Virus record (IMG/VR): IMGVR_UViG_3300027963_003320
Coordinates: 1 to 53,394 of that record
Length of the DNA: 53,394 bases
DNA from: a virus
Lineage: Duplodnaviria > Caudoviricetes
Strand: one strand, 5' to 3'
In this document: positions 21,082-29,913 of the stretch, one piece after another
Layout: every line of letters begins with the position of its first letter
Numbering within the stretch: position 1 is the stretch's first letter
Position numbers and translations under genes: made by a program
Notes under the pieces: generated by a model
Seen by the model: only the letters and a program-made list of their open reading frames with translations
What the model was told of the DNA's origin: nothing
Database searches by the model: none

Positions 21082-21687
21082 ATGGAAAATGAAAATGAAG
21101 AAGTAGAGGGGTTTTTCCCAAATTTACAAAATAGTAGAACTACAAAAAGAGGATTAGGTGCAAGACCTTTAATGGAATCCCAAATCAAAGCAGCACAAGA
21201 AAAATCTCGTTCGGCATTTGAAGCCGCAAGAACATTGGGTGTATCATATAACACATATAAGAAATACGCAAAGATGTATGGTGTTTTTGACGACCTTAAA
21301 AACCCATATGGTATTGGTATTGAAAAAGCCAAACATATTAAAAATAAAAAATATGATATAGATGATATAATTGATGGAAAGCATTTACACTATCCATTAT
21401 TTAAATTCAAAAATAAATTATTTGCTAGTGGTTATATTCCAAAAATTTGTAGTAGTTGTGGGTTTAGTGAAGAAAGAATTACAGACAGCAAAATGCCATT
21501 GTTAATTGACTTTCTTGATGGAAATTTGAATAATAGAAAATTAGATAATATTAGAGCATTATGTTATAATTGCTTTTTCTTATTAGTAGGTGAACGAAAT
21601 GTAAAAAATTGGTACGCAGAAAACGGAGGACAAATAACAGAGGATGAAGAAAAAAATATACAGGAGCAAAGTTCCATTCAGGATTAG
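21082..21687 (+). CDS. HTH plus degenerate HNH/Zn-finger protein
   Basis: AARTLGVSYNTYKKY helix-turn-helix; CSSCG...DGNLNN...NIRALCYNC. Confidence 0.7.
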   Translation: MENENEEVEGFFPNLQNSRTTKRGLGARPLMESQIKAAQEKSRSAFEAARTLGVSYNTYKKYAKMYGVFDDLKNPYGIGIEKAKHIKNKKYDIDDIIDGKHLHYPLFKFKNKLFASGYIPKICSSCGFSEERITDSKMPLLIDFLDGNLNNRKLDNIRALCYNCFFLLVGERNVKNWYAENGGQITEDEEKNIQEQSSIQD

Positions 21688-22678
21688 TTTTGGCGGTGGC
21701 GGGACGGATATGCCAGACTATTGTAAGTACCACACCGGTGCTGTAATCAATACTACTATTCGTTTATTTACTCACACATCCTTAGAATTAAGAGATGATA
21801 CCAAAGTTACCTTTAAATGGATAAATAAAGACGAATTTGAGGAGCATGAATTTAGTGATGACTTAGATTGTTCTTATGGATTAAAGTTGTTTAAAGCAAC
21901 TCACAATCACATTTGTAAACGATATAATATAGAGCCCATTGGATATAACATAGTTTCCAACCAGGATGTACCAACAGGTAGTGGTTTAGGTACTTCATCT
22001 ACTCTCATAGTTTCTCTCATTGGTGTTTATATGGAATTATTCAATTTACCATTGGGTGAGTATGATATTGCAGAAATGGCAATTCAAATTGAAAGAATAG
22101 AGTTAAAAGAAAATGGTGGTAAGCAAGACCAATATGCAGCAGCATTTGGTGGATTCAATTATATGGAATTTAAAGGTGATGATGTAATAGTCAATCCACT
22201 TCGTATAAAAGATAGTGTACAAGATGAAATGGAAAATAATGTAGTTCTTTATTTTACCAATTTTACCCGTAATAGTTCCGATGTATTGACCGAACAAGTA
22301 CAAAAGATGAAAGACAAAAATAAAACATCCACATTATCACTTCATGCATTAGTAGAACAAGCTAAATTAATGAAAGATTGTTTAATAAAAGGAGCAATTG
22401 ATGATTTAGGTGAAATATTGGATTATGGATTTCAACAAAAGAAAATGTTAGCTAAAGGAATTAGTACACCTGAAATAGAATTACTATATAAAACCGCATT
22501 GGAAGCAGGTGCAACTGGTGGAAAGATAAGTGGAGCAGGTGGAGGAGGGTTTATGTTTTTCTATTGTCCAAATAACACAAAATACGATGTCATCAAAGCT
22601 TTGGATAAATTAAAAATGGGGTATCATCAACCATTTACTTGGAATAAATTAGGAATTAGAACTTGGCAAATAGGATAA
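21644..22678 (+). CDS. hddA: GHMP kinase, D-glycero-D-manno-heptose 7-phosphate kinase-like
   Basis: PFRISFGGGGTD, PTGSGLGTSS, GGKQDQYAAAFGG and GGKISGAGGGG. Confidence 0.85.
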   Translation: MKKKIYRSKVPFRISFGGGGTDMPDYCKYHTGAVINTTIRLFTHTSLELRDDTKVTFKWINKDEFEEHEFSDDLDCSYGLKLFKATHNHICKRYNIEPIGYNIVSNQDVPTGSGLGTSSTLIVSLIGVYMELFNLPLGEYDIAEMAIQIERIELKENGGKQDQYAAAFGGFNYMEFKGDDVIVNPLRIKDSVQDEMENNVVLYFTNFTRNSSDVLTEQVQKMKDKNKTSTLSLHALVEQAKLMKDCLIKGAIDDLGEILDYGFQQKKMLAKGISTPEIELLYKTALEAGATGGKISGAGGGGFMFFYCPNNTKYDVIKALDKLKMGYHQPFTWNKLGIRTWQIG

Positions 22679-22679
22679 T

Positions 22680-23930
22680 ATGATTAAGAAATGTAATTTT
22701 AATAAAGCATGTGTTTTACCATTTTCACATTTTAATGCGTACCCAATGGGAGACGCAAGAGCATGTACTATGAGTGAAATAATCAAAGATATCAATTTAA
22801 ATGAAATGTCTATTGATGAAGCGTTCAATTCAGAAGAGTATAAAAAACTAAGACATGATATGCTAAATGGTGTCGAAAATGATATTTGTAAAGTTTGTTA
22901 TAATATGGAAAGTAGAAATTCCGAAAGTTATAGACAAAAAGCAAATAAAGAATATAAAGACATTAACGGTTGGGAAATTAAAGATTTGGTAAAAGGTATA
23001 AAAAAAGACGGTGAATTAAAACCAAATTTTATAAAATTAGATATAAGACCTTCAAATATATGCAATTTTAAATGTAGGACATGTTCCTCACAATATTCAA
23101 CAAGGTGGATTGAAGAAGAACGAGATTATAATATATCCGTTGGATTGGATTTTGATGAAAATAAATACAAAACAGCAGAAAAATCTTTTGGAATTTCAAA
23201 TGAAAGTATTGTAAATCTACAAGAAATTTATATAGCGGGTGGTGAATCTTTATATATGACGGAGATGTATAAATTTATAGAAAAAATTGAAAACAAGTCC
23301 AAAATAACATTAAACATACACACAAATTTCAGTTTATTAAAATTTAAAAAATATGATGTATTTGAACTTTTAAAAGAATTTGGAATGGTAAATTTTTTTA
23401 TATCATGTGATGGCATTGGAGAAATTGGAGAATATATAAGAACAGGATTTAATTGGGAAACTTTTTGTAAAAATATTGAAACTTTATTAGTATTAGAAAA
23501 TAATACTAATAATTTTCGCCATAATTTTCATTTTACATCATCTATTCTAAATGTTTTTCATTTTTTTGAATTTTTAGAAGAAATGAAAAAAAGAAAATAT
23601 ATAAATGATGATTCTCAAGTACAATTTTATCCAGTAAGATGGCCGACATATTTAAATAGTGTAAATTTTAATTTGAAAAAAGAAATAATAGATTATTATA
23701 ATTCAAATATAGATAAAATAGAATCTAATAATTTAAAAACTCAAATTCAAAATTTTATAGATTATATAAATATGGTAAATATGACAGAAGATTGGACTGA
23801 AAACCACAATGAAGCGGGTATAGATTTTAGAGCAATAAGTAGTGCAAAAGCAATGTTAGAATTTGGAAATAAATTTAATGAGACAGAAATACCAGAAAGT
23901 TTAATTTATTTGAAAAATATTCTTATTTAA
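22680..23930 (+). CDS. Radical SAM protein, paralog of 2638..3855
   Basis: CNFKCRTC, GGESL and ISCDG..E.GEY.RTG shared with the 2638 ORF. Confidence 0.9.
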   Translation: MIKKCNFNKACVLPFSHFNAYPMGDARACTMSEIIKDINLNEMSIDEAFNSEEYKKLRHDMLNGVENDICKVCYNMESRNSESYRQKANKEYKDINGWEIKDLVKGIKKDGELKPNFIKLDIRPSNICNFKCRTCSSQYSTRWIEEERDYNISVGLDFDENKYKTAEKSFGISNESIVNLQEIYIAGGESLYMTEMYKFIEKIENKSKITLNIHTNFSLLKFKKYDVFELLKEFGMVNFFISCDGIGEIGEYIRTGFNWETFCKNIETLLVLENNTNNFRHNFHFTSSILNVFHFFEFLEEMKKRKYINDDSQVQFYPVRWPTYLNSVNFNLKKEIIDYYNSNIDKIESNNLKTQIQNFIDYINMVNMTEDWTENHNEAGIDFRAISSAKAMLEFGNKFNETEIPESLIYLKNILI

Positions 23931-23934
23931 AAGA

Positions 23935-23965
23935 TTTGGTAAAGTAATAAATTTGTCGTATATTT
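23935..23965 (+). promoter_or_regulatory. -33/-7 promoter (copy 2), upstream of iscU
   Basis: TTTGGTAA at 23935 and TCGTATATTT at 23956. Confidence 0.75.
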
Positions 23966-23982
23966 ATAGATAAACAGATAAT

Positions 23983-24393
23983 ATGGCATATTCAGATAAA
24001 GTTTTAGACCACTACCAAAACCCTAAAAATGTAGGAACTTTGGACAAATCTAAACAAAATGTAGGAACGGGTTTAGTAGGTGCACCAGAATGTGGTGATG
24101 TAATGAGACTACAAATAGAAGTAATTGATAATATTATTGTTGATGCAAAATTCAAAACCTTTGGATGTGGTTCAGCAATCGCATCATCTTCGGTAGCAAC
24201 TGAATGGTTAAAAGGTAAAACAATTGAGACCGCATTAACAATTGACAATATGGATTTGGTTGAGGAGTTAAATCTCCCTCCCGTTAAAATCCACTGTTCA
24301 GTTTTAGCAGAAGATGCTATCAAATCGGCTATCAACGATTATAGAGTAAAAAACGGATTAGAGGAAATAATCTTCGACGCCTCACATGTATAA
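23983..24393 (+). CDS. iscU: Fe-S cluster scaffold IscU
   Basis: MAYSDKVLDHY.NP.NVG, GAPECGDVM, FGCGSAIASSS and LPPVKIHCS. Confidence 0.97.
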   Translation: MAYSDKVLDHYQNPKNVGTLDKSKQNVGTGLVGAPECGDVMRLQIEVIDNIIVDAKFKTFGCGSAIASSSVATEWLKGKTIETALTIDNMDLVEELNLPPVKIHCSVLAEDAIKSAINDYRVKNGLEEIIFDASHV

Positions 24394-24403
24394 AAAATAA
24401 ATT

Positions 24404-24712
24404 ATGAGTTTTATTATTGGAAATAGTTGTATTGATTGTATGGATACTGCATGTGCAAGTGCATGTCCGGTAGATTGTATTCACGGACCTATCGATATGG
24501 AAGGTTCGGGTGGTGAAATTGAAAGAGATGGTAGAGCTGCATTTCCCGGTGGACAAATGTATATCAATCCTGACACTTGTATCAATTGTGGTGCATGTGT
24601 TCCAGAATGTCCTGTTTCTGCAATTTACGAAGATGAGGATATTGCAATTAAAGCAGGTGACGAAGTATCGGTGCATAAAAACTATGAATTTTTCGGACTA
24701 AAATACGCATAA
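24404..24712 (+). CDS. Dicluster ferredoxin (FdxA-like)
   Basis: CIDC.DTAC...CPVDCI and CINCGACVPECPV. Confidence 0.92.
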   Translation: MSFIIGNSCIDCMDTACASACPVDCIHGPIDMEGSGGEIERDGRAAFPGGQMYINPDTCINCGACVPECPVSAIYEDEDIAIKAGDEVSVHKNYEFFGLKYA

Positions 24713-25035
24713 TGGTAACAGTATCAGAAGGTGCAGCAAAAAAACTAAATTCACTCATTGAAGAAAGTGGGTTCAAAACTCCATTCGTTAGAGTGGCAGT
24801 TAAAGGTGGTGGATGTAGTGGATTGTCATACGACCTTTCATTTGATACCGACCAACAAACAGGAGACACTCTTGCAGAAGATAAGGGAGTACAAATCTTA
24901 ATAGACATGAAATCGTTACTATATCTTTTCGGGACTGAATTAGATTTTTCAGACGGACTTAATGGTAAGGGTTTCCAATTTATAAACCCTAACGCATCCC
25001 GTACCTGTGGATGTGGTGAGTCATTTGCATTATAA
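24712..25035 (+). CDS. iscA: A-type Fe-S carrier IscA/HesB
   Basis: GGGCSGLSY and NPNASRTCGCGESF. Confidence 0.95.
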   Translation: MVTVSEGAAKKLNSLIEESGFKTPFVRVAVKGGGCSGLSYDLSFDTDQQTGDTLAEDKGVQILIDMKSLLYLFGTELDFSDGLNGKGFQFINPNASRTCGCGESFAL

Positions 25036-25844
25036 TGAATAGAAAAACAAAAGGAACAGAACAAAAACTTTGGATAATTGGTGATAGTTTTACCAGCTTA
25101 CGATATGATAAAGAATCGTGGCAATTATATTTGTATGAAAATTTTGTTGGAAAAAATATGTATATATCATCCAAAGGAAGTAGAGATACTCAAACTATTT
25201 TTGATATTTTTTTACAAAATATACACAAAATCAATCCAAATGATGTTGTAATTTTATTTTTACCAAGTTTAATTAGATTTAGATTACCATTAAAATACCC
25301 ATATTGTGATGTAGAATATTCTTCAGATGAATTGAATAGTGAAACATATCAAATACCAATGTCTGGTATGCTTGGCAATGAACAACTTACATCAAATATT
25401 GCAACTACGGCACAAGAAATTGAAAGACAAAGCAAACTCACATTAGAATCACCATTAGATGAATTAGATTTTGAAGTCTTTGAGTCTAATTATTCAAAAT
25501 CTAAAATACTAAATTTTGCTAATATAACTCAAATGATTAATTGTTCAAAAGTGTTTACTGATAATTGGAATATGATATTAAAATCTATACAACTATATGT
25601 TCCATTTAAATTGATATATTATAGTTGGGCAAATGAATTAGATTCTTCTATTGTAAATACCAAAGATGTGATAATAAACGAATTGGGTTTTTGGGAAACT
25701 CTATCTGATGTTTGGCTTAAAACCGATGGTCAATCTGGAATTCAAGGTGACCCCCATTGGACTGATACGATGGACAAAGCATTTGCAGAACATATTATAA
25801 AAAGTTATCCACAATATTTCGATTATGAGTCTAAAACCTTCTAA
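25035..25844 (+). CDS. SGNH-like protein (paralog 3)
   Basis: LWIIGDSF, GSRD and DPHW. Confidence 0.72.
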   Translation: MNRKTKGTEQKLWIIGDSFTSLRYDKESWQLYLYENFVGKNMYISSKGSRDTQTIFDIFLQNIHKINPNDVVILFLPSLIRFRLPLKYPYCDVEYSSDELNSETYQIPMSGMLGNEQLTSNIATTAQEIERQSKLTLESPLDELDFEVFESNYSKSKILNFANITQMINCSKVFTDNWNMILKSIQLYVPFKLIYYSWANELDSSIVNTKDVIINELGFWETLSDVWLKTDGQSGIQGDPHWTDTMDKAFAEHIIKSYPQYFDYESKTF

Positions 25845-25912
25845 AGAAAACTTAAGTAAAACGGAAAAACCGACAAAATTCGAATACATATTTGAAGATG
25901 AAGAATCAAAAT
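25779..25912 (+). repeat. 134-bp direct repeat, copy 1
   Basis: Matches 26586-26719 with 4 substitutions by manual alignment. Confidence 0.92.
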
Positions 25913-25914
25913 AA
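25825..25914 (+). pseudogene. Truncated copy (29 codons) of the 26632..26832 gene
   Basis: MSLKPSKENLSKTEKPTKFEYIFEDEESK* versus MNLKPSKENLSKTEKPTKFEYIFEDEESKSIW... Confidence 0.85.
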
Positions 25915-26651
25915 TGAATAGAAAACTTTGGATTATTGGTGATAGTTTTGCAGGGATGTATGATAATGCCTGGGTTAAAACTATTTCCGACAAATTTGAT
26001 GGAAATTACCAAGTTTCATCCTATGGAAGTAGAGATGTACAAACTATTGTTGATATCTTTTTAAGAAATTTAAAAAATATAAAAGAAAACGATTTAGTAA
26101 TTTTAACATTACCAACTTTAAGAAGAGTAAGATTGCCATTACAAACCGGTTTAATGGATGTAGAACATTCAAATGAATATTGTCATAATGTAGATAAACG
26201 AAAATATTTAGATTATTTTGTTGGATTTGGACAATATACATTAGAAAATCCTGAACATATATTAGAACAACCACTAACAGGAATTTCAGATAAAGATTTA
26301 TTAGATGAAAATTTTAAATTTAATTTGAATTTACTTACAATAATAAACTCATCGGATGCAGTTAAAAATAGTTTTCAGGAAATGTTTAAATCATTTAAAT
26401 CATACTTTCCATTTGAAATTATAATATGGAGTTGGACAAACGAATGGGATATTCCAGAAATTTTAACTCGTGCTAAAATAGAAGAAATACTAGGATTTTG
26501 GGAATCACATCATATTTTATTTAATGAATCAGATGGTGAACTGGGTATAAAAGATGATTTTCATTGGAGTAAAAAAATGAATGATGCATTTGCAGAACAT
26601 ATTATAAAAAGTTATCCACAATATTTCGATTATGAATCTAAAACCATCTAA
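25914..26651 (+). CDS. SGNH-like protein (paralog 4)
   Basis: LWIIGDSF, GSRD and DFHW; tandem paralog of the 25035 ORF. Confidence 0.72.
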   Translation: MNRKLWIIGDSFAGMYDNAWVKTISDKFDGNYQVSSYGSRDVQTIVDIFLRNLKNIKENDLVILTLPTLRRVRLPLQTGLMDVEHSNEYCHNVDKRKYLDYFVGFGQYTLENPEHILEQPLTGISDKDLLDENFKFNLNLLTIINSSDAVKNSFQEMFKSFKSYFPFEIIIWSWTNEWDIPEILTRAKIEEILGFWESHHILFNESDGELGIKDDFHWSKKMNDAFAEHIIKSYPQYFDYESKTI

Positions 26652-26719
26652 AGAAAACTTAAGTAAAACGGAAAAACCAACAAAATTTGAATACATATTT
26701 GAAGATGAAGAATCAAAAT
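26586..26719 (+). repeat. 134-bp direct repeat, copy 2
   Basis: 807 bp downstream of copy 1. Confidence 0.92.
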
Positions 26720-26832
26720 CCATCTGGAAGTATGATTTGAAGAAATTTAGGAATGGGCCCATATCAGTTGAATATCATTGGAAAGCACACTATCTAAAAG
26801 AATTAGAAATTCGTCAAAAAAGAGGAAGATAA
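26632..26832 (+). CDS. Hypothetical protein
   Basis: 66-aa ORF; its 5' part is duplicated upstream. Confidence 0.65.
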   Translation: MNLKPSKENLSKTEKPTKFEYIFEDEESKSIWKYDLKKFRNGPISVEYHWKAHYLKELEIRQKRGR

Positions 26833-26862
26833 TTGGTAATATCAAAAATCTTTCTTATATTT
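26832..26862 (+). promoter_or_regulatory. -33/-7 promoter (copy 3, variant)
   Basis: ATTGGTAA at 26832 and TCTTATATTT at 26853. Confidence 0.65.
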
Positions 26863-26887
26863 AATAACAAAACAAAAAACAGCAATT

Positions 26888-27070
26888 ATGGCTAGTAAAA
26901 AAGAAGAACTATTTCAAACAATGAAAGAATTGTTTAATAAGTTCGAAGAAGAACACAACAAGACAACAAAAGTATCACAAAAGAATGCAAGAACCTTAAT
27001 CGGTGACTTAAAAAAAGTAGTTACAGATTATCGTCAGGCTTCAGTAGAAGAGACTAAAAGCAGTAATTAA
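26888..27070 (+). CDS. Small helical protein, Hc1 (histone H1-like) family-like
   Basis: AR...DLKK....YR..S.E pattern recalls the short Bacteroidota Hc1-like proteins; has its own promoter and terminator. Confidence 0.55.
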   Translation: MASKKEELFQTMKELFNKFEEEHNKTTKVSQKNARTLIGDLKKVVTDYRQASVEETKSSN

Positions 27071-27095
27071 AATTTACGCAGTCAAATATACTCAC

Positions 27096-27127
27096 AATCC
27101 CTCACCCTAAGAAGTGGGGGATTTTTT
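27096..27127 (+). terminator. Intrinsic terminator
   Basis: AATCCCTCAC-cctaagaa-GTGGGGGATT followed by a T tract. Confidence 0.85.
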
Positions 27128-27155
27128 GGTAATGTCAAAAATATTTCGTATATTT
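27125..27155 (+). promoter_or_regulatory. -33/-7 promoter (copy 4)
   Basis: TTTGGTAA at 27125 overlaps the terminator T tract; TCGTATATTT at 27146. Confidence 0.75.
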
Positions 27156-27183
27156 ATTTATTAACAAACAAAAAACAAAAGTT

Positions 27184-27390
27184 ATGGCAAAGTATTATTC
27201 AGTACAGGTAGCAATCGAAGTAGAAGATGCTAAAGGCAAAATCAAAAAACAAAAAGAAAATTATTTAGTAGATGCATTGTCTTGCACAGAAGCAGAAGCT
27301 AAGTTAGTAAACAAATTCGTAGAAGAAGCAGTGAAGCTTGAATATGAAGTAGTAAAAGTATCAGAAACAAACATCATTGAAGTATTTTAA
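27184..27390 (+). CDS. DUF4494-like protein
   Basis: E.YLVDALS.TEAEA motif typical of this Bacteroidota family. Confidence 0.75.
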   Translation: MAKYYSVQVAIEVEDAKGKIKKQKENYLVDALSCTEAEAKLVNKFVEEAVKLEYEVVKVSETNIIEVF

Positions 27391-28511
27391 TGAAAATCGG
27401 CCTACTATATAGAGCATATGAAGATTGTGTAGCAATACTACATGCATTTTGTGAAACCAAATTTGATTTAGAAAATGGTTCAAATACATTTACATTTTTT
27501 TACAAAGATGATGAATATGTATTTTCAAAAGATGTAGAAGTTATAGGAAAATGTGATTATAAAATACAATTATTTCATACATTTAATGAGTGGAAAGATT
27601 TCAAAGGATTTGATAAATTGATACAAACACAAATTGTAGAAAATTATCACATTACAAATGAAGAATTATTAGAATATTTAGATGCCGGAAATATATGTAT
27701 ATCATCGGCATCTATTTCATTTGAACATCCTAATTTTTTTTATGACCCAATTATAAATTTGATATTTTTCTATTATCATTATGGTTATAATTTTTTAAAT
27801 TATTATAAATTTGATAAAAAAGAAAATTTATTGGGAATATACCATAGACCAACCAACGGATTAAATTTAAATAAAAATCATAGAAATCATTTATATGACG
27901 AAATAAAAAATGTTATGGGTGATGATTTTGTATCATATGAATCAAATGAATATAATCAAAAAGTATTATTTCAATCATATATTACATTTGGCCATTGGGG
28001 TAATACTCACATTTCATCTTATATGGATTTTACAACATCAGTTTGTAATGTTGTATTTGAAACACTATACGCTACTGCTAATGTAGAAGGCCCTGCAACG
28101 GGTAATAAAATGTATGGTAGACAATACATTACGGAAAAAACATTAAAAGCAATATGTTTCTCAGAAGAAAATATATTTTTTATATGGTACGGCCCTACGA
28201 ATTTATACAAACATTTGATGGGTATGGGATTTTGGTTTTTAAATTCGGAATTTTATGATGAATCTTTGGAAATACCACATATGGACAATTTGCCATCTTA
28301 TTCACACATTGAACAATCTTTGATAGATGCATCATTGTATTTGAAAAAATTAAAAGAAGAATATAAAACAAACGAAGAAGTTCATAGTTATTTAGTAAAA
28401 AAATATGGCCATAAATTACAAAAAAATGTAGAATTATTTAAGACTATGTTAAATAGTTATGATAAAAAGGATTTACTATTAAATTTAATAAAAAATGGAA
28501 ACAGAAATTAA
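27390..28511 (+). CDS. Hypothetical protein, possibly glycosyltransferase-related
   Basis: NVVFET...YITEKTLKAI...G.....L..MGF, similar to the N-terminal half of the 48485 ORF. Confidence 0.55.
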   Translation: MKIGLLYRAYEDCVAILHAFCETKFDLENGSNTFTFFYKDDEYVFSKDVEVIGKCDYKIQLFHTFNEWKDFKGFDKLIQTQIVENYHITNEELLEYLDAGNICISSASISFEHPNFFYDPIINLIFFYYHYGYNFLNYYKFDKKENLLGIYHRPTNGLNLNKNHRNHLYDEIKNVMGDDFVSYESNEYNQKVLFQSYITFGHWGNTHISSYMDFTTSVCNVVFETLYATANVEGPATGNKMYGRQYITEKTLKAICFSEENIFFIWYGPTNLYKHLMGMGFWFLNSEFYDESLEIPHMDNLPSYSHIEQSLIDASLYLKKLKEEYKTNEEVHSYLVKKYGHKLQKNVELFKTMLNSYDKKDLLLNLIKNGNRN

Positions 28512-28740
28512 AGAAGAAAAAGAATTAGTTCTTAAAAGAGTTCCACCTGGAGATAGATGGGTATTCGCAGATGGTAGTAAAACCATATATCCATCACTAA
28601 CCGATGCATTAGAAGGTTGGTATCAAGAAAACGGAGATACTAACTTTTATATAGAAGCTCGTAACGGAACTGTTGAAATCATAAAAGAACAAGAAGTAGA
28701 AAAACCTGTAAAACGATTCTCATTATATGGAGAAGACTAA
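28495..28740 (+). CDS. Hypothetical protein
   Basis: 81-aa operonic ORF. Confidence 0.6.
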   Translation: METEIKEEKELVLKRVPPGDRWVFADGSKTIYPSLTDALEGWYQENGDTNFYIEARNGTVEIIKEQEVEKPVKRFSLYGED

Positions 28741-29164
28741 AACATTAGTCATAACAAGTGGTTATTTCAACCCCGTTCATAAAGGGCATATAGACTATTT
28801 AACACAAAGTAAAGAGCTTGGTGATAAACTCTTTGTAATAGTAAATAATGATATTCAAAGAGAGATGAAAGGGTCTAAAGAGTTTATGAATGAGGATGAA
28901 AGGAAACTTGTTATAGAAACATTAAAACCGGTAGATTGGGCAGTAGTTGCAATAGATAAAAATAATAGACAAGTTGACAAATCCATCGAAATGATACATA
29001 TGTTATACAAAGATGAATTTCAGAATTTCATTTTTACCAATGGTGGAGACCAGACAGAACAAACGATTGCAGAAGGTGATATTTGTAAAAAATTGGGAAT
29101 TAAAATGGTATTTGGATTGGGTGATAAAATACAATCATCATCGTGGTTATTAATGGATAAATAA
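28727..29164 (+). CDS. Cytidylyltransferase-family nucleotidyltransferase (TagD/RfaE-like)
   Basis: SGYFNPVHKGH (HxGH), VNND, ER, NGGD and KIQSSS. Confidence 0.9.
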   Translation: MEKTKTLVITSGYFNPVHKGHIDYLTQSKELGDKLFVIVNNDIQREMKGSKEFMNEDERKLVIETLKPVDWAVVAIDKNNRQVDKSIEMIHMLYKDEFQNFIFTNGGDQTEQTIAEGDICKKLGIKMVFGLGDKIQSSSWLLMDK

Positions 29165-29481
29165 TGAGCTATATTATAGGAAAAGATTGTATTGGATGTA
29201 TTGATACAAGTTGTGTAAAAGTGTGTCCTGTTGATTGTATTAATGGCCCTATAATAATAGACGGATTGGGCAAGGAAGTAGCAGGGATGAGTGATGAAGA
29301 TAAGGTGGGCAAACAAATGTATATCAATCCTGATGTATGTATAAAATGTGGTGCATGTATTCCTGAATGTCCTGTTGACGCAATTTACAGAGATGAAAAA
29401 GAAGCATTACATTTTAACGATGAAGAATCTATACACAAAAATTACGAATTTTATGGAGAAACATTTTCCAAAAAAATTTAA
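29164..29481 (+). CDS. Dicluster ferredoxin, second copy
   Basis: CIGC.DTSC...CPVDCI, QMYINPD.CIKCGACIPECPV and HKNYEF shared with the 24404 ORF. Confidence 0.92.
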   Translation: MSYIIGKDCIGCIDTSCVKVCPVDCINGPIIIDGLGKEVAGMSDEDKVGKQMYINPDVCIKCGACIPECPVDAIYRDEKEALHFNDEESIHKNYEFYGETFSKKI

Positions 29482-29516
29482 TATTTATATTTAATCATAA
29501 ACAAAACAAAAACAAA

Positions 29517-29753
29517 ATGGGACTATTCACATTTATCAAAAACCTTTTCTCTAAAGTAGAAGGTATTGAAAGTCAAGTTGAGTCATTTGTAGCAGAAGTT
29601 GAAACTAAAGCTCCTCAAGTAGCAGCTAAAGTTAAAACGGAAGTAACTAAAGTTAAAAAAGCAACTGCAAAAGCTAAAGAAGTCGTAGCAGAAGTTGAAA
29701 CTAAAGTTAAAAATGTAACTGCAAACAAAGCAACTAAGACAACAAAAAAGTAA
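29517..29753 (+). CDS. Small Lys/Val/Ala-rich protein
   Basis: VAEVETK repeated twice (22-bp repeat at 29589 and 29685). Confidence 0.65.
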   Translation: MGLFTFIKNLFSKVEGIESQVESFVAEVETKAPQVAAKVKTEVTKVKKATAKAKEVVAEVETKVKNVTANKATKTTKK

Positions 29754-29780
29754 GTAAAGTAAATCGGAAAATAACTAAAA

Positions 29781-29912
29781 ATGGCAAAAGCAAAAGCAGC
29801 TAGTTCTAACAAAACCTCATTTGGTACAAGAAAGACTGGCCCAGGTTCTGGACAAAAGAGTTACAACAAACATACTCCAAAACCAAAACGATACAGAGGA
29901 CAAGGTAGATAA
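29781..29912 (+). CDS. Small basic protein (43 aa) missing from the ORF track
   Basis: MAKAKAASSNKTSFGTRKTGPGSGQKSYNKHTPKPKRYRGQGR*; A-rich start context; its stop abuts the next ATG. Confidence 0.75.
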   Translation: MAKAKAASSNKTSFGTRKTGPGSGQKSYNKHTPKPKRYRGQGR

Positions 29913-29913
29913 T

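Noticed and set aside
29821-29913. TTG-initiated N-terminal extension of the ParB-like ORF
   Set aside because: It overlaps the better-supported 43-aa gene; ATG 29914 follows that gene's stop directly.
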